The position numbers and the translations under genes were made by a program. From the NCBI RefSeq assembly GCF_009914755.1, contig NC_060936.1: a DNA stretch of 64,000 nucleotides; one strand, given 5' to 3'. Numbering within the stretch: position 1 is the first letter of the stretch; the number at the start of each line of letters is the position of its first letter. Below the pieces are notes generated by a model. The model did not search any database. It worked only from the letters and a program-made list of their open reading frames with translations, and was not told the DNA's origin. The DNA is from the human T2T-CHM13v2.0 reference genome, Homo sapiens. This document shows positions 57,247 to 64,000 of the stretch, piece by piece.

Positions 57247-57730
57247 TATTGACTATGAAGAACCATGAAGGGTCTGAGATTTTTTATCCTATTTGCAAGC
57301 TAATAAATCAGTCTACCACATTTTTGTGGATGCTGGTAGAAGACACAAGATTCCTGGATCAAAGATGAAGTCCAGTTTATTACTCATAGAAATAACAGTA
57401 GCCAGAATATCAGCATTCTTACATCTGCTCCAAAAGTTCCTGTTCTCACAGAATGTCACAGAATGGACCATATGCCACCTACACACTACAATGTGTGACA
57501 TTATATGAGGGAAACACTTTGTTTAAGGAACCTAAATCTTTTATAATAGGTAATAAGCCAATTTCCCTTTTATCTAGAGGGAAAGCATTCATATACAATG
57601 CAGTAAATAACCTTCTCTTGGCTCTGGAGATGTCTCTCTCTCCAAAGGCCATTTGCTATCCAAACATCTTTAAAGAGATGATAAAAGACAAAGTAACTTG
57701 CTCACAAGACATGCAGAAACACAGTGTTTG
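57247..57730 (-). mobile_element. ERV LTR (subfamily uncertain; MER76/MER90/LTR55-like)
   Basis: gtctgagatttt...ttgcaagctaa...ggatgctggtagaagacacaaga...tttattactca (antisense AATAAA). Confidence 0.55.
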
Positions 57731-59183
57731 AATGTTGTCTAACCCTTTAACTCCTTCAATAATAACAAGAATTATAATAATACATTTGTATGTTAGATAC
57801 ATACATAAAAAGTAATCCACCAAGCAGCATGTTTTCTGCAGTCTGTGGCAAACCATAATCACATTACGAAATGTTTTTCTATTGAAGTCAAAGTAACTTT
57901 TACCCACATTGTTAAGAGTTTGTTTTATATCCCTTCCCTCTACATCTCCCTCCTTCTGGAATTAAAAATAATGACATTTTGTCTGTCCTTTGAAAAACTA
58001 TACAGTTTGTTTTATTTTGATTCATATCATAATCCAGTACAAACTGTCCTATAGTTATGAGGTAATATTACCCTTGTCTCAAGCAATCTTTTGGTAGTTG
58101 ATTCCCATTTGTTTACATACTTCTGGTATCTTTTGTTAGATGCTCCTTTATAATGACATATTGATTTTATTTCCATTCCATTATGTAACTGCAAACAAGC
58201 ATCTACAATTCAAATATCTGTTCATTTTCTTGTTTTAAGCAAGCAATATTTTCAGAAGATTGCATCATAAAAACTAACTAGATTGAATAGCACAACCAGT
58301 TGCTGGAAGGAATGGACTTAGTGTGCTTGTTAGGGGACAGAATGGCCATGATTATAACTAGAACAGATTGCTTAAGTAGCAGAATCTGCACAATGGCTCA
58401 TTGGTAATAATGGGTTGGGGGTTGGGAGGAAGCAATGACATTGTCCAAGGTTAGTATTTTCTCTTACATGCATGGTGGTTTTGAATAACTGAAAACAGCT
58501 GTAGAATAAAACCCCTGCCCTGGCTTATTATAAACCATTCACACTTTGGCATTAGAGATATGAATAGGCCCTCAAGGAAAGAACGGATTTCAATTCAACA
58601 ATAGAAAGGGACCATCAGCCAAATGAAGGGGAAAAAAGTGCATGAAGCTATGTTATTTCCAGAATTATTGAACTGCTTCACCAACTGGAAGTCAGGATAA
58701 AAAACATCTGCTCCTGATTTGTTTGGAATTTCTGTTTTCCTGGGCTAGCAGAAGGGAATAAACATAAAAAGACAGAAATTGATTCTTTGAAGTCATGCTA
58801 AAAGTAGAAATATTTTCTCAAATTTCTCCAATACACTGGAAAGAGTAAGACAGCTATTTGCTAATCAGATCCATGAGTATTGAAATCTGAACACTCAAGT
58901 TAATCCATTGACAATCACTTAATATTGTGTTTAATGACATGTTCAGGATATAGTGCAATTAGTCCTTTTAATTTTAAAATAATATAATATTTGAAAAATT
59001 ATTTTAAAATAAAAGTAAAAAACATTCCAAAGCTAGCCTCTAAATCTTCATGTAATATATATGTGCGTGTGTGTGTATGTGTGCATGTGTATGTGAATTA
59101 GAAGAAAGGCAACTAAATTTATTTGAAGGTCTTGTATACACGTTCACATTCTTCATATTAGTGTAAATTAAAATCTTCCTCTT

Positions 59184-59555
59184 GGCGTGGTGGCTCACAC
59201 CTATAATCCCAGCACTTTAGGAGGCTGAGGTGGGCAGACCACTTAAGCTCTGGAGTTCCAGATCAGCCTGGACAACATGGAGAAGCCCCACCTCTACAAA
59301 ACATATACACACACACAGAAAAGTTAGCCGGACATGGCAGCATGCACCTGTAGTTCCAGCTACTAGAGAGACTGAGGTCTCTACCAAGAGACTGAGTTCT
59401 ACCAAGTAAAATAGAATTGCAGCGTCTCTATTTGGGTGGGATATGACTTACATTTGGATCACTTGAGTCTGGGAGGTCAAGGATGAAGTGAGCTGTGATC
59501 ATGCCACTGCACACCCACCTGGGTGACAGAGTGAGACCCTGTCTCAGGAAAAAAA
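59184..59555 (+). mobile_element. AluJ carrying an approximately 77-bp non-Alu insertion in its right arm
   Basis: TSD aaaatcttcctctt at 59170-59183 and 59556-59569; insertion at 59379-59455. Confidence 0.95.
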
Positions 59556-59621
59556 AAAATCTTCCTCTTAAAATTATATGTGGCAGGATATCATATTAAG
59601 AATTTCATTATTGTTGCGCTA

Positions 59622-59973
<352 letters not shown>

Positions 59974-61564
59974 AAGAAAATGTTTGGGAAATATACTTTG
60001 TTTGTAATATGCTCTGGCCTTAATGTTGTTCTCATTTTTATATTTTCGATATTGTGTCAGACTCCAAAAACAAAGGCCACAAAAAGGAGATAAAAAGAAA
60101 ATTTCACTAAAGTCTCCAAACCTTGAAAGTACAAAGAAGAAATATGTTTTGATCTATGTATGATGTGCGGTTTCTGATTACAGCTGAGAAGTCAGTAACC
60201 TGTTCAATTGGTTCTGTGTATCAATGTGGCAACATCAGCACACACTGTATGAAGGATATTTCCTGTTTGCTTCTAGGAACTGACCTCCACCCTTTTCTGT
60301 CTTACTCTGACAGAAGCTGAATTCTACTGACCAAATTATGTAGGTTCTTTTGTTTCATGCATACAAACTCATAGGTTTTCTTTTTGATTTATTTTAGGTA
60401 ATAACCTTTTGATCTCAGGAGACTACAAAGCTAGCTAAAAATTTCAGACCCATAACATGAAAATCTGGGTAAAAATTAAAAAAATTTATATGTGTAAAAA
60501 TTAAGTTTTAGGTTTATAAATTTAAAAAATTAGATATTTGAATTAGTTCTACCAAGTAAAATAGAATTGCAGCTTCTCTATTTGGGTGGGATATGACTTA
60601 CACTTGGAGAAAATGTAGAAATAACAGAGTAATTCTATTTTTTTATTCTTTCAGAAAATAGCTTAACTATTTTGTATCTTTTTTAAATAATAGCAAAAAT
60701 GCAAATTACAAATATATACGTATATTTTTTCCTTGCATCCAAAGTTCTATTTCAGAATAGGATTGCAAAAATAATACTGCCCCACTGTGTAAAAGAAATG
60801 AGAAATGCAGAGGCCATTAGAGAGGATTGTGAATTTATACAGTACATTAGAACCAAAGGGCAAAGCATGAATATTTCTTAAAAATTCACAGTGTTTAATG
60901 CCACTTGGGTTTGTACTGCTTTTTATCTGAAATGATAAACCCATGAGGCCATAATTTACCCCATCTTGCCAAAACATTTTAGGTGATTTTTTTTTCTGTA
61001 TCAGTTTATCACTTTGTTTATGCCCTTTATTTAACAATAAAAAACTGGTTTATACTAAATGGTCTGAACACAGGAAACACAATAGCACATCATTTCTTGT
61101 CTGATTAAACCATAACAATATTAAATCAGAACCATCTATGTTGTTTGATGGTTCAAGTTTCCAATATTTTGTTTGGTACCTATTATTACTGAGGATTGAA
61201 TGAAAACAGTAGAACTCTTGTCTCTCTCTTTTTTTTTTTTTTCTAAACCCATTCCAATTTCATATCTCTTAGCCACTTCTACACCCTCAAAATAGAAAAG
61301 AGTGAACTGGTACAGTAATAAAATATCTTTTTAAGTCATATTTAACTCAATTGTGAGTTTTAAGTCTTTTCAAGCTTTATAATAACAATTTTTTTCTAAG
61401 TGTTGTATTTGATACTTTTGGTATCAAGTTATTAGAATTTCAAATATTAATAAAACATAGTTTTTAATAGATTTTGAAAGTAAATGATACCCAGTGTATT
61501 TAGAACAGCTCCACATTCAAGTAAGACTTAACCTATCAGATGATATTCATAAATTTCCTTTTCT

Positions 61565-61923
61565 AAATAGCTTTATTAAGGTATATTTGATAGGCAAATA
61601 ATTGCATGGATTTAATGTGTACAATTTTATGATTTGGGACATATGCAAACACCTGTCATACCATTACCACAATCAAGATAATAGACATATCCATCACCTC
61701 CCAAAGTTTCCTTGTGTTCCTCCTCCCTTTATCTGTGAATAAAAACATTTAACCTGAGACTTACCCTCAACAAATTTTGACATACACCATACCCTATTGT
61801 TAACTACAGCTACTATGCTATATATGGTTTATTTTGCTTAGCATAATGTCCCCCATGTTCATCCATGTTGTTGCAAATGGCAGGATTTCCTTTCTAAGGC
61901 TGAATAATATTCTGTTACAGATC

Positions 61924-61980
<57 letters not shown>

Positions 61981-62240
61981 GTGTACATATATATACACAC
62001 AGGTTTTCTGTATCCACTCATCCAGTGATGAATACTTGAAGTGTTTCCATATCTTGGCTATTGTGAATAGTGCTGCGGTGAACATGGAGGTGTGGGTATC
62101 TCTTTAAGATCCTGATTTCAATTCTTTTGAATGTATACTTAGAAGCAGAATTGCTGAATCACATGGTAGGTTTGCTTTTAAATTTTTGATCTCAGTACTG
62201 TGTCCCATAGCTGCTGTATCATTTTACATTCCCACTTTTC
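61565..62240 (-). mobile_element. L1MA/MB 3' end fragment containing (CTAT)n at 61921-61980
   Basis: catatccatcacctcccaaagtttcc...ggctgaataatattc...ttggctattgtgaatagtgctgc. Confidence 0.85.
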
Positions 62241-62356
62241 TTTTTTATGTGTTTCTTAATGTGCTGTGCAATTTCACTTTCTGCAGTACATGAGGTGCCT
62301 GGTTCTCAAGATGTTTTGATTTTCACATACATTTTTTAAATAAAACATATTTGTAT

Positions 62357-62777
62357 TATTAAATTCAATTAAGTTTTGCCTAAGGTGTCTCGATACTTTG
62401 AATCCCTACATAGCAAACTGAAACCCAACTTAGTTTGTAAACAAGCTGTAGCCTAAGAGTACAATCTTGTAACAAATAGCTGAGTCTCAGCCAATCACAA
62501 CGAGTGAGTTTCAGCTGTTTACAGGCTGCCAGCTGACCAGATCATGTCCTTATGAGGCAAATGCCTTATCACAACACACTCAAATAAGGAAAATGCCCGG
62601 CTATAATCAATCAAGCTGTTTCTGTATGTCACTTCCATTTTCGGTTTACAAATACTGTCTGTCCATGTTGCTGGAGCTTTCAGCCTCTTCTGGTTCTGAG
62701 TGCTTCTCAATTCATAAATAGTTTTTTGCTCGAATAAACTCAGCTAAATTTAATTTATCTGAAGTTTTTGTTTAATA
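62357..62777 (+). mobile_element. MER57-like ERV1 solo LTR
   Basis: gctgagtctcagccaatcac...aatcaatcaagctgtttctgtatgtcacttcc...ttgctcgaataaactc. Confidence 0.75.
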
Positions 62778-62889
62778 GTATCTAAGTTATAAAAAGGAAA
62801 GTTATCCATTTTCAAAAGATACTCCCTAAAGTGCTGGTTTAAAGATGGTGTTCTGTGTTCATGCATTATCACTCCTAGCATAATTAACA

Positions 62890-64000
62890 GTAATTCCACC
62901 AGGTATTACAACAAAAGCCAATAAGGATACCCTCATGGCTCTGGCAAGAAGAGAAGAAAAGTAAATATTATTAAATGCCCAAGGATGTCTTCTGTAACAA
63001 AGCACTACTCTCTAGGTAAAAGACTACCAGAGTCTTATCTCATCTGGGGGAAGATCATTTATTCCACTGCAGCTCCTTTTGGCTTTTTTTTTTTTTTTTT
63101 TTTTTTAGATGGAGTCTCGCTCTGTTGCCCAGGCTGGAGTGCATTGGCGCCATCTCAGCTCACTGCAAGCTCCCGGGTTCATGCCATTCTCCTGCCTCAG
63201 CCCCTGGAGTAGCTGGGACTACAGGCGCCCCCACCACACCCGGCTAATTTTTTGTATTTTTAGTAGAGATGGGGTTTCACTGTGTTAGCCAGGATGGTCT
63301 CGCTCTCCTGACCTCGTGATCCACCCACCTTGGCCTCCCAAAGTGCTGGGATTACAGGTGTGAGCCACCGCGCCCAGCCCCTTTTGGCTTTCTGATCTCA
63401 GCTAAGGTAAGAGGGGAAGAAAGCTAAGATACATGTGGAAAGGTCATAGTCCATATACTGAGGCCCACAAAAGACTGATGTTTAATTAAAAGATTAAAAG
63501 AAACACTTCTCCCTCATACCTCACCATCATATTCATAGAGTTTCAGCATAACAAAAGTGAATTATAGCTAAAGGAGTTCAAACTTATATCTGAAAAGAAG
63601 TTCTTAGGGAAGCCCAAAGTCAACAGATAAGACAACGAAAACACTAAAGAAATTCCAAGTCTCTGGTCCTAGAGAAACAACAAAAATTAAAGACAGTTCA
63701 AACCCTTGCCTGATAAACATAAAACCTAATACTAAAAGTTTGTTTACCCCAGTTTTTATTACCTGATACATGAAGACCAAGATTAAACACAAAATTAAAA
63801 ACATGCTAAAAGACAGAAAAAACAAAAAGTGATCCAAAGAGACTGATTCAGAATTAGATTTCAATTTGATAAAGATTTTGAACTTATTGGATAGTTTAAA
63901 ATAACAATGACTAAGATATTAGGGCCCTAATGGATAAAGTAGACAACACACAAGAATAGAGAGGTGATATAAACTAAGATGGAAACTAAATAACAAAGAA
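62890..64000 (+). mobile_element. Old L1M 5' UTR/ORF1 fragment running off the window, interrupted by AluY
   Basis: A-rich L1 5'/ORF1-like sequence (ggccctaatggataaagtagacaac). Confidence 0.55.
63087..63379 (-). mobile_element. AluY SINE
   Basis: tgtgttagccaggatggtctcg diagnostic; TSD ccttttggcttt at 63075-63086 and 63380-63391. Confidence 0.97.

Overview
AT-rich primate (most likely human or great-ape) intergenic or deep-intronic DNA, dominated by transposable-element fossils. It contains a near-full-length ancient L1 (29.4-36.6 kb), three younger 5'-truncated L1PA copies (one twin-primed with a 5' inversion), several old L1M and L2/MIR fragments, eight dimeric Alus and one monomer, and MaLR, ERVL and ERV1 LTRs. 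I recognise no protein-coding gene, tRNA, rRNA or CRISPR array; the long ORFs are L1, Alu or LTR remnants. Three things stand out. (1) There is a recurring set of local template-switch or templated-insertion scars: a 64-bp copy pasted into an Alu, a two-segment inverted patch replacing an MST 5' LTR, an inverted MLT2 piece, a 104-bp L1 self-copy, and 14-110-bp local duplications. (2) A polyadenylated, U5-less ERV1 env/LTR fragment looks like an L1-mobilised retroviral mRNA. (3) A candidate minus-strand 3-exon transcript (29035-28990, 24157-24019, 22626-~21860) joins in frame into a 70-aa Cys/His-rich micro-ORF next to the 5' end of the ancient L1; this is a hypothesis only. Repeat subfamily names come from recalled consensus sequences and need RepeatMasker/Dfam confirmation.
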